Below are positions 52,081 to 63,361 of a stretch of DNA of 64,000 nucleotides, piece after piece. Location: contig CP125320.1 in NCBI GenBank assembly GCA_030142985.1, forward strand, positions 3,639 through 67,638. Reading direction: 5' to 3'. Source of the DNA: Candidatus Ruthturnera sp. Tsphm01 (GTDB taxonomy: Bacteria > Pseudomonadota > Gammaproteobacteria > PS1 > Pseudothioglobaceae). The position numbers were made by a program, and so were the translations under genes. The notes beneath the pieces were generated by a model. The model was given only the letters and a program-made list of their open reading frames with translations, was not told the DNA's origin and ran no database searches. Every line of letters begins with the position of its first letter. Positions within the stretch are counted from its first letter, which is position 1.

Positions 52081-55000
52081 ATGTCTAATTCTGGTTTTGT
52101 GCATCTACATTGTCAAAGTGAATTCTCGGTTGAGAGTTCTTTGGTGCGTATTCCAAAATTAATTGAAAAAGCACAAGAAATTGGCATGGATTCAATTGCA
52201 CTAACGGATGAATCCAACCTTTTTGCTGCCGTTAAATTTTATCAAAAAGCCACTGCTGCCAATATCAAACCAATATTTGGTGCTAGAATTAATATCAAAG
52301 ATAAAGAAGGCGAATTTTGTTCGGTTTTATTATTGTGTCAAGACCGTCAAGGTTATCTTAATCTTTCTGAGTTAATTTCTTTGCCCTATACTCAAGAACG
52401 TTCATTTGAATGTGTTAGTGTAACGCAGCAGCAACTCATTGATTATAACCAAGGTTTAATTATGATTGCAACGCCCATTTATAGCGATGTAGCTAAACAC
52501 TTAATATCGAATCAAATGGTTAAGGCTAAGCAAAAAGCTGAATTTTGGCAGGCTGTTTTTGTTGAGCGTTATTATTTGAGTGTACAGAGAACTTCAAGGG
52601 AATTTGATGAAAAGCACCTACATCTTTGTATTGAATTAGCACTTGAGCTTGGCATTGCTGTTGTGGCAACAAATGATGTGCAATTTTTAAATGAAAGTGA
52701 TTTTGATGCACACGAAGCTAGAATTTGCATTTCTCAGGGTGGTCTTTTAGATGATACACGGCGTGAACGACATTTTTCTAATCAACAATTTTTAAAATCA
52801 TTTAAACAAATGTATGAACTGTTTGCTGATTTGCCAGAAATTTTAGAAAATACATTAGAAATCGCCAAACGTTGTAATGTGCATTTTGAGTTATTCAAAA
52901 AGAATTATTTGCCAAATTTTCCTGTGCCAGAAGGTTTAACCATGGAACAGTTTTTTTGTGAAGAGTCAGAGCATGGTTTAACTCAGCGCTTACAAACTTT
53001 AAAAGTGGATGCACAGGTTTATCGCCAACGCTTAAAATTTGAGCTCGATGTTATTATTCAAATGGGGTTTCCGGGTTATTTCTTAATTGTGGCAGATTTT
53101 ATTAGATGGTCAAAAGAAAATGATATTCCAGTAGGTCCAGGTCGTGGTTCTGGTGCTGGCTCTTTAGTAGCTTATGTTTTAAGGATTACTAATGTTGACC
53201 CGATTAAGCATGAATTGTTATTTGAGCGTTTTTTAAATCCAGAGCGGGTTTCAATGCCAGATTTTGACATTGATTTTTGTACTGATCGTCGAGACGAGGT
53301 AATTGATTACGTCGCTAAAAAGTATGGTCATGAAAAGGTCTCACAAATTATTACTTATGGCACGATGGCAGCTAAAGGTGTGGTGCGTGATGTGGGACGT
53401 GTTTTGGGTCATCCTTATGGGTTTAGTGACAAAATATCAAAGATGATTCCTAATGGTTTGAAAATGACACTTGAAAAAGCCTTGAGCGATCCTAAAGAAG
53501 GAGGCTCAGAGGAGTTACGAGCTCGTTATGATTCAGAAGAGAGTGTAACGGCATTAATTGATCTTTCTAAACAACTAGAGGGTTTAGTGCGAAACGTTGG
53601 CACACATGCAGGTGGTGTAGTGATTGCACCAAGTAAAATTAGTGATTTTTGTCCAGTATATAAAGGTTATGGTGAAAATGATAGCGTAGTCTCTCAATTT
53701 GATAAAGATGACGTTGAAGCGGTTGGTTTGGTTAAATTTGACTTTTTGGGATTGTCTAATCTAACGGTTATTCATAAGACTGTTAAACTGATTAGCGCTA
53801 AAGGCTTGTCAGATGAGCCGATTGATTTAGATGTTTTGCCATTGGATGACAAAAAAGTTTATGAGTTGCTTCAACGTTGCGATACAACAGGTATCTTTCA
53901 ATTAGAATCCGAAGGTATGCGTAGTTATCTAAAGAAACTGCAAGCGGATAATTTTGAAGATATTGTTGCCATGTTAGCACTGTATCGCCCAGGTCCATTA
54001 GATGCGGGTATGGTAGATGATTATATTAATGTAAAGCATGGCGCGCAGGTTAAATACCCACACCCGATGCTAGAGCAAATTCTTAAACCAACTAATGGTG
54101 TGTTTTTGTATCAAGAACAAGTAATGAAATCAGCACAGGTAATGGCAGGCTACTCTTTAGGTGGTGCAGATTTACTTAGACGTGCGATGGGCAAGAAAAA
54201 AGCCAGCGAGATGAGTCGTCAACGTAGTGTGTTTGTTAAAGGTGCTGCTAAAAAAGGCATCGATGAGAAAAAAGCCAATGAAATTTTTGATTTGATTGAT
54301 AAGTTTTCAGGCTATGGTTTTAATAAATCTCATTCGGTGGCGTATGCCTATGTGTCTTATCATACTGCCTGGCTTAAGTCCCACTATCCTGCGCCTTTTA
54401 TGGCAGCAGTTTTATCTGGCATGATGGATGATACAGATAGAATTTCATTTACCATTAGTGAAGTTCGACAAATGGGCTTGGTGGTCAATGGTCCAAATGT
54501 GTGTGAATCTAATTATGAATTTAGCATTAATGATGAAAAAACAGTTGTATATGGTCTTGGTGCAATTAAAGGCGTAGGCGGAGCGCTGGTTAATGTGCTC
54601 GTATTTGAGCGTAATACTAATGGTGTTTATAAAGATTTATTTGATTTTTGCTCTAGAATTGAAAAGCGCTATTTGAACAAGCGCGCCATTGAGGCATTGA
54701 TTTATAGTGGCGCTTTTGATGTATTAGGTGTGGATAGAGCGAGTTTAATAAAAACTTACCCTGTGGCTATTAGACAAGCGGAACAGAAACAAAATGACCA
54801 CTCTAGTGGTCAGAACGGGTTGTTTTCCAATACTGAACAATATAGTGAATATGAAGCACATTATCTTTCAGCACTAAGTTTTTCGTTTAAAGAAAGATTG
54901 CAACTAGAGAAAAGCGTACTGGGCTATTATTTTGACGACCATCCTATTGATGAATATAAAACCGATTTAAAGCATATTGGCGCAACACTGCCCTCTAAAA

Positions 55001-55515
55001 TTATCTTTAGAAACAATAAAGATGTGCGTATATTGGCATTAATTTCAGAGCTACGTTATCGCGCTACTAAGAGTGGCGGGCAAATTGCTTTGATTACAGT
55101 TGAAGATGGTGTTAAGCTATTAAATGCTGTGGTATTTACAAAGACTCTAGGTTCAGTGAGTGATCAACTTATTGTTGATGAGGTAGTAGTTATTTCAGGA
55201 AAAATTAATAAAGATTTCAGGGGTCAATGGCAAGTGGTGGTTGATAAAATCGAAAATATTGGGCAAATGAAAATGAAATATGCCAAGGGTTTTGAAGTAT
55301 TATTAAACGCCAAACACCAGTCAATTTTTGACAAACTTGTTCAAGTCTTACTTGAGCATAAAGGCAATTGTCCTGTTAAAATCTCTTATATTACTAATAA
55401 TTTAAAGGGCAGTATGTTGCTAAACAAAGCCTACTTAGTGGCACCTAATCAGCAGTTAATTGATGCTGTTAATGTCTTGGCTCAAGACCAAGTTAGTAAG
55501 ATTCATTATCATTAG
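52081..55515 (+). CDS. dnaE: DNA polymerase III alpha subunit
   Basis: PHP domain start FVHLHCQSEFS, the PDFDIDF catalytic motif, HhH and OB regions; 1144 aa. Confidence 0.97.
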   Translation: MSNSGFVHLHCQSEFSVESSLVRIPKLIEKAQEIGMDSIALTDESNLFAAVKFYQKATAANIKPIFGARINIKDKEGEFCSVLLLCQDRQGYLNLSELISLPYTQERSFECVSVTQQQLIDYNQGLIMIATPIYSDVAKHLISNQMVKAKQKAEFWQAVFVERYYLSVQRTSREFDEKHLHLCIELALELGIAVVATNDVQFLNESDFDAHEARICISQGGLLDDTRRERHFSNQQFLKSFKQMYELFADLPEILENTLEIAKRCNVHFELFKKNYLPNFPVPEGLTMEQFFCEESEHGLTQRLQTLKVDAQVYRQRLKFELDVIIQMGFPGYFLIVADFIRWSKENDIPVGPGRGSGAGSLVAYVLRITNVDPIKHELLFERFLNPERVSMPDFDIDFCTDRRDEVIDYVAKKYGHEKVSQIITYGTMAAKGVVRDVGRVLGHPYGFSDKISKMIPNGLKMTLEKALSDPKEGGSEELRARYDSEESVTALIDLSKQLEGLVRNVGTHAGGVVIAPSKISDFCPVYKGYGENDSVVSQFDKDDVEAVGLVKFDFLGLSNLTVIHKTVKLISAKGLSDEPIDLDVLPLDDKKVYELLQRCDTTGIFQLESEGMRSYLKKLQADNFEDIVAMLALYRPGPLDAGMVDDYINVKHGAQVKYPHPMLEQILKPTNGVFLYQEQVMKSAQVMAGYSLGGADLLRRAMGKKKASEMSRQRSVFVKGAAKKGIDEKKANEIFDLIDKFSGYGFNKSHSVAYAYVSYHTAWLKSHYPAPFMAAVLSGMMDDTDRISFTISEVRQMGLVVNGPNVCESNYEFSINDEKTVVYGLGAIKGVGGALVNVLVFERNTNGVYKDLFDFCSRIEKRYLNKRAIEALIYSGAFDVLGVDRASLIKTYPVAIRQAEQKQNDHSSGQNGLFSNTEQYSEYEAHYLSALSFSFKERLQLEKSVLGYYFDDHPIDEYKTDLKHIGATLPSKIIFRNNKDVRILALISELRYRATKSGGQIALITVEDGVKLLNAVVFTKTLGSVSDQLIVDEVVVISGKINKDFRGQWQVVVDKIENIGQMKMKYAKGFEVLLNAKHQSIFDKLVQVLLEHKGNCPVKISYITNNLKGSMLLNKAYLVAPNQQLIDAVNVLAQDQVSKIHYH

Positions 55516-55523
55516 TTGTGTCT

Positions 55524-57815
55524 TTATTTTTTGAGAATAACATCACATTGACGTTGATAGTAGCGTGCATAATCTTGCCTATATTGGTTAATTACAATGT
55601 CTTTATCTAGGAAAATCTCAATTTGTCCAGCACAACTGGTATTTAGAATATTAATGCTATGATTTTTGTACCTATTTACAACGACCTTGGCAGGGTGATT
55701 AAATCTATTTTTATAGCCGCTAGAAATAACAACCCATTTGGGTGAAACTACATCTAAGAATTTATCACTTGATGAAGTTTTACTACCATGGTGTGGACTA
55801 ATGAGTATATTACTGGGAAGTTTGTTTTTCTGATTAGAGATTAAATATTTCTCAGTTTTTTTCTCAATATCAGCACTGAGTAGTATTGAGTGCGAATGGG
55901 TTGATATTTTTAAAACACATGAGGCATTATTATCTTTGAAATTATCATCAGGATTGAGTATTTCAAACAATACGTCGTCCCAAATCCAATACTGTCCTTT
56001 TTTGCATAGGGTTGTGGTTGCTTTAATTTTATTAGGTACTGAGGTGTGTATTTCTAATACGTTAAATGCTTTTAAAATAGGGTTTAAGCCACCGATATGG
56101 TCATTATCGCCATGAGAAATGATAATTTTATCCAAATATTGAATTTGTTTTGAGCGCAAGTAGGGAATAATCACAGCATCACCCATGTTAAACCCAGAGG
56201 GATAACCACTGCCAGTATCAAATAATAGAGTATGATTTTGGGTGCGAATCACATTTGCAAGTCCTTGCCCAACATCAAGAATCGTAACAATAGCTGATCC
56301 TTTGGTTATTTTTTCAAGGGGGTGAAAGACAACTAGTAATAATAAAATTAGGGCTATTTTTCGAAGTTTAAGTGCTGACGGCAGTATAGCTATTAGTGTT
56401 GCAATAATTAGTAGCAACATTTCAGCACTTGATGCTTGGGTGTAATACCACTGATTAAAGTTAAAATTTTGTAGGTATTCAAGTAAAATTGACAAAATAA
56501 CTAAAGATTGATTAGCAATGTCAAAACTCAGTGTGGCCAGCAAAGAAAGTTGTAGGTGGGCAAATATTGCACCCACGAGCGCAAATGGTGTACTGATAAA
56601 ACTAAATACTGGAATAGCAACTAGGTTAGCAAGGGGTGAAAGAATTGACCCAGAATTAAAAAACCAAGCAATTAAAGGCATTGTGGCAAGACTAATTAGT
56701 AATTGAATATAGATAAGCCAAACAATCCAGTGTTTATTTTTATGTTGACTGGTGCCGTAAATAATAATAGCAACCACATAAAAAGACAGCCAAAAGCCCA
56801 CGCTAAAAATACTAACTGGGTTAATGATAAGCACTAATAGAAGTGCCATACCATAAAGTTGCCAAATAGCATGGTAACGCCTAAAAATAATGGACAAAAA
56901 TACTACACTTGCCATGATAAAAGCACGCTGAGTGGGAATAGAAAATCCTGCGATTAATGCATAAATTAAGGCAGACATCAAGCCAAAATAACTACCCATA
57001 ATTAAAGCAGGTATACGCAATGTACATTTCATGCATTGACGCCATAAAAAACCAGTAAACAGGAATATAAAACCAGATATAAGCCCGATGTGCAAGCCAG
57101 AGATAACACTAAGGTGTGTAGTGTTAGTGGCTTTAAAGAGCGTCCAATTGTGTTCAGATATTAATGTTCTATCGCCAATAACAAGCGCATTAAGTACACC
57201 ACCAAATTGTAATTTGTTTAAAAATTTAGACAAGGTTTGTTTAATATTTTGCCTAAATTTATTAATAGATAAGCTGCTATTTGGATTAATTAGCGTATTG
57301 TTAATGTTGCTTTTAACGTAGCCTGTTGCATTAATTTGTTTGTAAAATAACCATTGTTCATAGTCAAAACCACCTAAATTTTGATAACCATTATTACGTT
57401 TTAGTGTTACCCGCAAATGCCATTGATTATTGACTTGTAATGCTGGTAAATTTTTGCCATACCAAGACAATTTGACCTTGGCATTAAAGGGTTGTTCAAC
57501 TTTGAAGATAAAAGTGGCCTTATGGTTTGATATTTTTGGTAAATCTGATATCGTTCCAATAATATTGATTGGCGTATTTAAATAAACAGTGCTAACTTGA
57601 GATTTTAAAATATAAGCAGAAAATACCCCCATCCAAGCAAAACCTAGCAGAAAAATTACCATGTTGATTGAGTATGTTTTGTATCGTTTGAAAGTGATGA
57701 AAATAGCAAATAATATGGTAAATATTACACCCCATTCAAAGTTTGATATTGTTAAGGTATTTTTAAGTGAAAAAACCACAATACCAAGCAAAAAATTTAG
57801 ACTATAAATTAGCAT
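55524..57815 (-). CDS. comEC: DNA internalisation-related competence protein ComEC/Rec2
   Basis: 763 aa, a polytopic membrane core plus a C-terminal metallo-beta-lactamase domain (ILDVGQGLA, ISHGDNDHIGG). Confidence 0.9.
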   Translation of the reverse strand: MLIYSLNFLLGIVVFSLKNTLTISNFEWGVIFTILFAIFITFKRYKTYSINMVIFLLGFAWMGVFSAYILKSQVSTVYLNTPINIIGTISDLPKISNHKATFIFKVEQPFNAKVKLSWYGKNLPALQVNNQWHLRVTLKRNNGYQNLGGFDYEQWLFYKQINATGYVKSNINNTLINPNSSLSINKFRQNIKQTLSKFLNKLQFGGVLNALVIGDRTLISEHNWTLFKATNTTHLSVISGLHIGLISGFIFLFTGFLWRQCMKCTLRIPALIMGSYFGLMSALIYALIAGFSIPTQRAFIMASVVFLSIIFRRYHAIWQLYGMALLLVLIINPVSIFSVGFWLSFYVVAIIIYGTSQHKNKHWIVWLIYIQLLISLATMPLIAWFFNSGSILSPLANLVAIPVFSFISTPFALVGAIFAHLQLSLLATLSFDIANQSLVILSILLEYLQNFNFNQWYYTQASSAEMLLLIIATLIAILPSALKLRKIALILLLLVVFHPLEKITKGSAIVTILDVGQGLANVIRTQNHTLLFDTGSGYPSGFNMGDAVIIPYLRSKQIQYLDKIIISHGDNDHIGGLNPILKAFNVLEIHTSVPNKIKATTTLCKKGQYWIWDDVLFEILNPDDNFKDNNASCVLKISTHSHSILLSADIEKKTEKYLISNQKNKLPSNILISPHHGSKTSSSDKFLDVVSPKWVVISSGYKNRFNHPAKVVVNRYKNHSINILNTSCAGQIEIFLDKDIVINQYRQDYARYYQRQCDVILKK

Positions 57816-58150
57816 AAATAGTTGATATTAATCAAGGACTTTTGTAAAGCATATTATTTTTGTTAAATATATCGTGAAACCCTTGGTTTAACGCGTGAAA
57901 CCAATTAAGTTTTCCTCTAAAGTATTTTTAAATCAATTAATAGATATTTCTCCAGCTAACAGTTTCTTATAAATTTGTGTAAGTTACTGATTTTTAATTA
58001 AAATTTATAATTGATTAATTTTTATTCAAAACCATAAAAAGATGCAATATATCAACGTTTTGAGTGCTTTTCAAGGAGATATTAACATGTTTATCCACAG
58101 TTTTGTGAGTAAGTCTATTGGGCGTTGATTTAACAGCATTTTTTTGGTAT

Positions 58151-59344
58151 TTATAAGTATTCTTTGATAAAGATTTCAAGGATTTTTTTTGCCACTTTTT
58201 GTTTGCTATTTTTAGCTATTTTTTTATTTAAATTTTGACTTAAAAAAACCACCTCGTTTTCATCTACATTGAAGCCAAAATCAGCATTTGAAACATCATT
58301 AAGAATAATGACATCACAACCTTTATTTTTGAGCTTTTTTTGAGCATTTTTTAATGTATTTTGTGTTTCTGCAGCAAAGCCCATGCAAATAGGTTTTTCT
58401 TTTAATTTGCAGACATTTGCCAATATATCTTTGTTTGGAATGAGTTCAAGTATTAGATTTTTTCCATCTTTTTTGATTTTTTGATTTTTTGCATTTTTAA
58501 CAAAGAAATCACTCACGGCCGCACAGGCAATAAAAATATCTTGACCAATAATGTTGTCCATAACCTTGGTATACATCTGTTGCGCGCTAATGATAGGTAT
58601 ATTGTTAGATTTTGCATTTAAAGTGGTGGTGATATTGCCATAAATACAAGTCACTGATGCGCCCATTTCAAGACAAGCATTGACCAATGCCATGCCCATT
58701 TTTCCGCTACTATGATTAGAAACAAACCTAACTGGGTCAATGGCTTCAATAGTAGCACCTAAAGTAATCAGCACTTTTTTACCAGTGAGTTTTGTACTAA
58801 TAAACTGACTAGCCATTTGTTTGGCAATGTTTGACGGTTTTGCAAGCCTGCCTATGCCAATATCACCACAAGCTTGTTCTCCAGATTCTGGCTTAATAAT
58901 AATTACATGACGACTAATGAGCATTGACAGGTTGTCTTGAAGCGCATGAGATTGGTACATCTTTAAGTTCATGGCGGGTGCAATGAGTAGTGGCGTATCA
59001 CTTGCTAAAATGACACTACTTAATAAGTCATTAGCCTTACCTAGGGTTATATTAGCAACGGTATTGGCACTGGCAGGAGCGATTAGAATAGCATCTGCCC
59101 ATTTAGCGAGTTCAATATGCCCCATGCCAAGTTCAGCGTTTTCATCCCATAAATTGTTGTAAACTTTATTTTTTGATATTGACTGCAAGGATAATTCGGT
59201 AATAAATTTGGCACCACCTTTAGTAAGAATCACTTTTACCTGAGCACCTAAATCTTGTAATCGGCGTACAATATCAGGCGCTTTATAGGCTGAAATAGAG
59301 CCACTAACACCAAGGATAATGTGTTTATTAGTTAGGCTGTTCAT
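58151..59344 (-). CDS. coaBC: Bifunctional phosphopantothenoylcysteine decarboxylase / phosphopantothenate-cysteine ligase
   Basis: N-terminal flavoprotein ILGVSGSISAYKAPDIVRRL and a C-terminal CoaB domain (NHSSGKMG); 397 aa; 4-nt overlap with ribD. Confidence 0.93.
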   Translation of the reverse strand: MNSLTNKHIILGVSGSISAYKAPDIVRRLQDLGAQVKVILTKGGAKFITELSLQSISKNKVYNNLWDENAELGMGHIELAKWADAILIAPASANTVANITLGKANDLLSSVILASDTPLLIAPAMNLKMYQSHALQDNLSMLISRHVIIIKPESGEQACGDIGIGRLAKPSNIAKQMASQFISTKLTGKKVLITLGATIEAIDPVRFVSNHSSGKMGMALVNACLEMGASVTCIYGNITTTLNAKSNNIPIISAQQMYTKVMDNIIGQDIFIACAAVSDFFVKNAKNQKIKKDGKNLILELIPNKDILANVCKLKEKPICMGFAAETQNTLKNAQKKLKNKGCDVIILNDVSNADFGFNVDENEVVFLSQNLNKKIAKNSKQKVAKKILEIFIKEYL

Positions 59345-60390
59345 TTTAAAGTGGCAGTTATTTTGATGTCATCACCTACCATTCTAACATCAATAATATT
59401 CAACTTAATTTTATGAGCCATATTTTTAATCACCAGATTAAGCATTGAATTGGCATCACTGCCCATTAATATGGGCGCCATATAAATAATAAACTCATCA
59501 ATTAAGTTGTGTTTAATCATGATACCAATCAATTTAGGTCCCGCCTCAAGTAGGACATTGTTAATACCTTGATTGCCTAATTGGGTTAAGATATCACCAA
59601 GGTCTAGTTTGCCAGAGGTGAGTATTTTAGTGTTGGTTGAATTTAAGATGAGTGTTGGTGCATCGGTGTTAAATATATTAAGTGAGGTATTTGTTATTTG
59701 GTTCTTGCTATCAATTACAACACGTAGTGGTGTTGAATTGACATTATCAAGACGTACCGTCATTAAAGGATTGTCATTAATAATTGTGCCCGACCCAGTC
59801 ATAATTGCTTGGTGATTGGCACGTAGTTTATGCACGTCCAATCTTGCAGCTTCTGAGGTAATCCATTTACTTTCACCTGAGTTCATTGAGGTTTTACCAT
59901 CAAGACTCATGGCTATTTTGCAACGCACAAAAGGCTGATTGGTTTTCATGCGTTTGATAAACCCTTGATTAAGGACTAATGCATCATTTTTTAACAAACC
60001 AGTCTTAACCTCAACGCCTGCATTTTCAAGCATGATGACGCCTTTGCCATTGACCATTGGATTAGGGTCAAGCATAGCAATAATAACTTTTTTAGCACCT
60101 GAGTCAATAATAGCTTGTGCGCAAGATGGGGTTTTTCCTTGATGTGAACAAGGCTCTAAGGTGACATAAAATGTAGCCCCTTGAGCTTGATGGTGAATTT
60201 GTTGTAAGGCGTTAATTTCCCCGTGTGCTTTGCCAAAGGTTTGGTGATAGCCTTTGGCAATAATCTTTGCATGTTTTACAATCACACAACCCACCATAGG
60301 ATTGGACTTTACACCGTATATTCCTTGACTGGCAAGTTTGAGTGCAATCGCCATATTTTGAGTGTCATTTATTGAAAAAGTTACCGGCAT
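59341..60390 (-). CDS. ribD: Riboflavin biosynthesis bifunctional deaminase/reductase RibD
   Basis: Deaminase zinc motifs HGEINAL and [14 protein letters not shown], followed by the reductase domain; 349 aa. Confidence 0.93.
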   Translation of the reverse strand: MPVTFSINDTQNMAIALKLASQGIYGVKSNPMVGCVIVKHAKIIAKGYHQTFGKAHGEINALQQIHHQAQGATFYVTLEPCSHQGKTPSCAQAIIDSGAKKVIIAMLDPNPMVNGKGVIMLENAGVEVKTGLLKNDALVLNQGFIKRMKTNQPFVRCKIAMSLDGKTSMNSGESKWITSEAARLDVHKLRANHQAIMTGSGTIINDNPLMTVRLDNVNSTPLRVVIDSKNQITNTSLNIFNTDAPTLILNSTNTKILTSGKLDLGDILTQLGNQGINNVLLEAGPKLIGIMIKHNLIDEFIIYMAPILMGSDANSMLNLVIKNMAHKIKLNIIDVRMVGDDIKITATLK

Positions 60391-60456
60391 ATTTCAGATA
60401 TAATTGTGAGAATATTTTGCATAAGAATTAACAACATTTTACCTAGGAGAGACAAC

Positions 60457-61491
60457 GTGGATGAACAGAAAAAACAAGCCTTAAAAGCAGCTCTTACACA
60501 GATTGATAAACAATTTGGTAAAGGCTCAGTTATGTTTTTGGGTGATGATCAAGCTCAAAGTGATATTGAGGTAGTTTCTACAGGCAGTTTAAGTCTAGAT
60601 ATTGCCTTAGGTATTGGTGGATTGCCTAGGGGGCGAGTGGTTGAAATTTATGGTCCTGAATCATCAGGCAAAACAACGTTGACATTGCACGTGATTGCCG
60701 AGGTGCAAAAACTAGGTGGCATAGCAGCCTTTATTGATGCTGAACATGCGCTTGATCCTAGATATGCTAAACGTTTAGGCGTTAATATAGATGATTTATT
60801 AATTTCGCAACCTGATACTGGTGAGCAAGCATTAGAAATTACAGATATGCTGGTGCGTTCAGGTGGTGTGGATATTGTGGTGATTGACTCTGTTGCAGCG
60901 CTCACGCCTAAGGCAGAAATAGAGGGTGAAATGGGCGCTTCACATATGGGGCTTCAAGCTCGACTTATGTCTCAAGCGCTTAGAAAGCTTACCTCTAATA
61001 TTAAGCGAACTAATACTATGGTGATTTTTATCAACCAATTACGCATGAAAATTGGCGTTATGTTTGGCAATCCTGAAACCACAACTGGTGGTAATGCGTT
61101 GAAATTTTACGCCTCAGTGCGTTTAGATATTCGTCGTATTGGCGCGATTAAAAAAGGTGATGAGATTTTAGGCAATGAAACACGTGTTAAAGTATTAAAA
61201 AATAAGGTTGCACCACCTTTTAGGCAAGCAGAATTTCAAATCCTTTACAACGAGGGCATTTCACTTGAAAGTGAAATAATTGATTTGGGTGTGAAGCATG
61301 GGTTTGTTGAAAAAGCAGGCGCTTGGTATAGTGTTAAAGGAGAGCGGATTGGTCAAGGTAAGGACAATGCTCGTGAATATTTAAAATCGAACCCTGAACT
61401 TAGTCAAAAAATAGAGACCCAAATTCGTGAAAAATTACTAGTCAAAGAATCAGATATTGAAAAGGACGTTAGCAATCAAGACATCAATTAA
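60457..61491 (+). CDS. recA: Recombinase RecA
   Basis: GTG at 60457 after aggagag ([26 protein letters not shown]). Walker [10 protein letters not shown]. The ORF-track ATG at 60406 adds a non-homologous extension. Confidence 0.95.
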   Translation: MDEQKKQALKAALTQIDKQFGKGSVMFLGDDQAQSDIEVVSTGSLSLDIALGIGGLPRGRVVEIYGPESSGKTTLTLHVIAEVQKLGGIAAFIDAEHALDPRYAKRLGVNIDDLLISQPDTGEQALEITDMLVRSGGVDIVVIDSVAALTPKAEIEGEMGASHMGLQARLMSQALRKLTSNIKRTNTMVIFINQLRMKIGVMFGNPETTTGGNALKFYASVRLDIRRIGAIKKGDEILGNETRVKVLKNKVAPPFRQAEFQILYNEGISLESEIIDLGVKHGFVEKAGAWYSVKGERIGQGKDNAREYLKSNPELSQKIETQIREKLLVKESDIEKDVSNQDIN

Positions 61492-61903
61492 CCAAGCTTA
61501 CCACCAAGCGCTAAGTTTACTGGCTCAGCGTGAGCATTCTGCTTTAGAGTTGACGAAAAAACTAAGTGTTAAGGGTTACGCTATTGAAGAAATAGAGATA
61601 GTATTAGTACAATTAGTACAAAATAATTATCAAAGTGATGAGCGTTTTGCTAATGCATTTGTACTTATGCGTATCAATCAAGGTAAGGGCAGTGTGTTAA
61701 TCAACCAGCAACTTAAACAAAAAGGCATTGAAAATTTTGATTTATCAACCATTGATTTTTTTGAACTTGCTAGTAATGTACGAATAAAAAAATATGGTGA
61801 ACAATTGCCTAAAAATTATAAAGAAAAAGCCAAACAGCAGCGTTTTTTGCAATCTAGAGGTTTTGGCTTTTATGAAATTAATCAAGCATTTGATTGTGAA
61901 TAA
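61457..61903 (+). CDS. recX: RecA regulator RecX
   Basis: 148 aa, helical-repeat composition, immediately after recA (35-nt overlap). The start codon is not certain. Confidence 0.75.
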   Translation: MKRTLAIKTSINQAYHQALSLLAQREHSALELTKKLSVKGYAIEEIEIVLVQLVQNNYQSDERFANAFVLMRINQGKGSVLINQQLKQKGIENFDLSTIDFFELASNVRIKKYGEQLPKNYKEKAKQQRFLQSRGFGFYEINQAFDCE

Positions 61904-62052
61904 ACCATTCACTATACAATCTCCTTTGTACACCATACGCCCTAATGGCGAGACAAGAGTTGTAGAAACCTTATTTAAACACCTAAAGGGTGTTTTATAT
62001 TTTGAAATTTTTTGGAAAAAAAAGACCTAACTTATATATTAAAGTCAAGGTG

Positions 62053-62247
62053 ATGGGTGATGGTTTTTGGAAAGTTTGGCGTGCTTATTTACACGTATTA
62101 GGGTGTTATCATACGCACCCACAGTTGTGTGAAATGTGTTCATCTTGGCAGCAAGAATTATTGCAAAATCCAGACCAGTTTAGAAGCAATGACATGGTGA
62201 AAATCGCTTGTGAAAAAAAAGTTTATTTTTGCCCGGTGATTATCTGA
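62053..62247 (+). CDS. Small Cys-rich hypothetical protein (64 aa from ATG 62053; ORF open from 61990)
   Basis: ATG preceded by aaggtg. Six Cys in 64 aa. I recognise no homology. Confidence 0.25.
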   Translation: MGDGFWKVWRAYLHVLGCYHTHPQLCEMCSSWQQELLQNPDQFRSNDMVKIACEKKVYFCPVII

Positions 62248-62253
62248 TAAACG

Positions 62254-62997
62254 ATGCGCAGTACTGATAAAAAAACCAAGGCTTATGATTTTAAAACCAG
62301 AGACATTAAGGTTTTAAAAAAACTCCTACCTTATTTGCTAAAGATGCGTGTGCGTGTTATTTTGGCAACGTTATTTTTAATTGCTGCAAAGTTTGCTAAT
62401 GTTGCAGTACCTGTTGTTTTAAAAGAAATTGTTGATACTTTAGATCAAACTAACCTTTTACTGGTTTTGCCATTAGGGTTGCTTTTTGCTTATGGCACGC
62501 TTAGGCTTGCTAGTTCTTTGTTTAACGAACTTCGTGATGCGATTTTTGCGCGCGTTCGTTATCATGCGATGCATTTGATTGCGCTTGGTGTATTTAAGCA
62601 TTTACACACACTGGATTTGTCTTTCCATTTAGATCGCCGTATTGGTGGCATTACTCGTGATATTGACCGGGGTACTCAAAGTGTGTCCACTTTGTTGTCG
62701 ATTTTTTTGTTTAACATTATTCCTTCATTTTTTGAAATATGTTTAGTGATTGGCATTTTGTGGCTGAATTATGATATTTTCTTTGCTGGAATTTCATTAT
62801 TGACCGTGGTTTTTTATGTCGGGTTTACACTGGCTATTACAACTTGGCGAATGAAGTATCGTTATCAGATGAATGATATGCAATCTGAGGCCAACACCAA
62901 TGCAGTGGATAGTTTGATTAATTATGAAACGGTTAAATATTTTAATCAAGAAGACTTTGAAGTTAATCGTTACAATGAGACTATGATCCGTTGGGAA
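62254..62997 (+). pseudogene. ATM1/ABCB7-type ABC exporter (permease-ATPase fusion), N-terminal 248 codons only; interrupted by an IS3-family insertion
   Basis: The TMD sequence LLPYLLKMRVRVILATLFLIAAKFANVAVPVVLKEIVD...INYETVKYFNQEDFEVNRYNETMIRWE is typical of this family. After WE (62997) the frame reads into IS sequence and stops at 63072. The rest of the TMD and the NBD are absent from the window. Confidence 0.8.
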
Positions 62998-63068
62998 TGT
63001 AATACCCCCAAAAAACCACACCATTCTAAAGTAGAAAATTCTATAATAAAAAACAAGGAGTTTTCACA

Positions 63069-63335
63069 ATGAAAAAATCAAGATACACAGACACACAAAT
63101 AGTCAATATACTTAAACAAAACCAAGCAGGAGAATCTGTTGCCAACCTATGCCGTGAATACGGCATGAGCCAGGCTACATTCTACAAGTGGCGCTCCAAA
63201 TATGGTGATGCAGATGTTAATATTGTTAAAAGACTTAAAGAGCTAGAAGCAGAGAATTCAAGACTCAAAAAGATGTACGCAGATGAACGCTTAATGTCTC
63301 AAATCAGATTAGAGGCACTTGAGGGAAAGCTCTAA
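63069..63335 (+). CDS. IS3-family transposase OrfA (HTH plus leucine zipper)
   Basis: MKKSRYTDTQIVNILKQNQAGESVANLCREYGMSQATFYKWRSKYG...LKELEAENSRLKKMYADE is a classic IS3/IS407-group OrfA. Confidence 0.9.
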   Translation: MKKSRYTDTQIVNILKQNQAGESVANLCREYGMSQATFYKWRSKYGDADVNIVKRLKELEAENSRLKKMYADERLMSQIRLEALEGKL

Positions 63336-63361
63336 CGCCATCTTCTCGTAAGAAGATGGCG
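63323..63361 (+). promoter_or_regulatory. Programmed -1 ribosomal frameshift signal of the IS3 element
   Basis: Slippery heptamer G_GGA_AAG at 63323-63329 in the orfA frame. The -1 frame opens at 63323, after a TGA at 63320-63322. A perfect 11-bp stem-loop CGCCATCTTCT-cgta-AGAAGATGGCG lies at 63336-63361. Confidence 0.7.

Noticed and set aside
58091-58099. Perfect DnaA box TTATCCACA in the comEC-coaBC intergenic region
   Set aside because: A single 9-mer is expected by chance at about this frequency in 64 kb of both strands. There is no cluster of boxes, AT-rich unwinding element or dnaA/dnaN neighbourhood, so this is not an origin.
60391-60456. Looked for a LexA/SOS box (CTGT-N8-ACAG) in the ribD-recA divergent promoter region, and for an FMN riboswitch upstream of ribD
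   Set aside because: No CTGT...ACAG palindrome is present, and the 66-bp spacer is too short for an FMN riboswitch.
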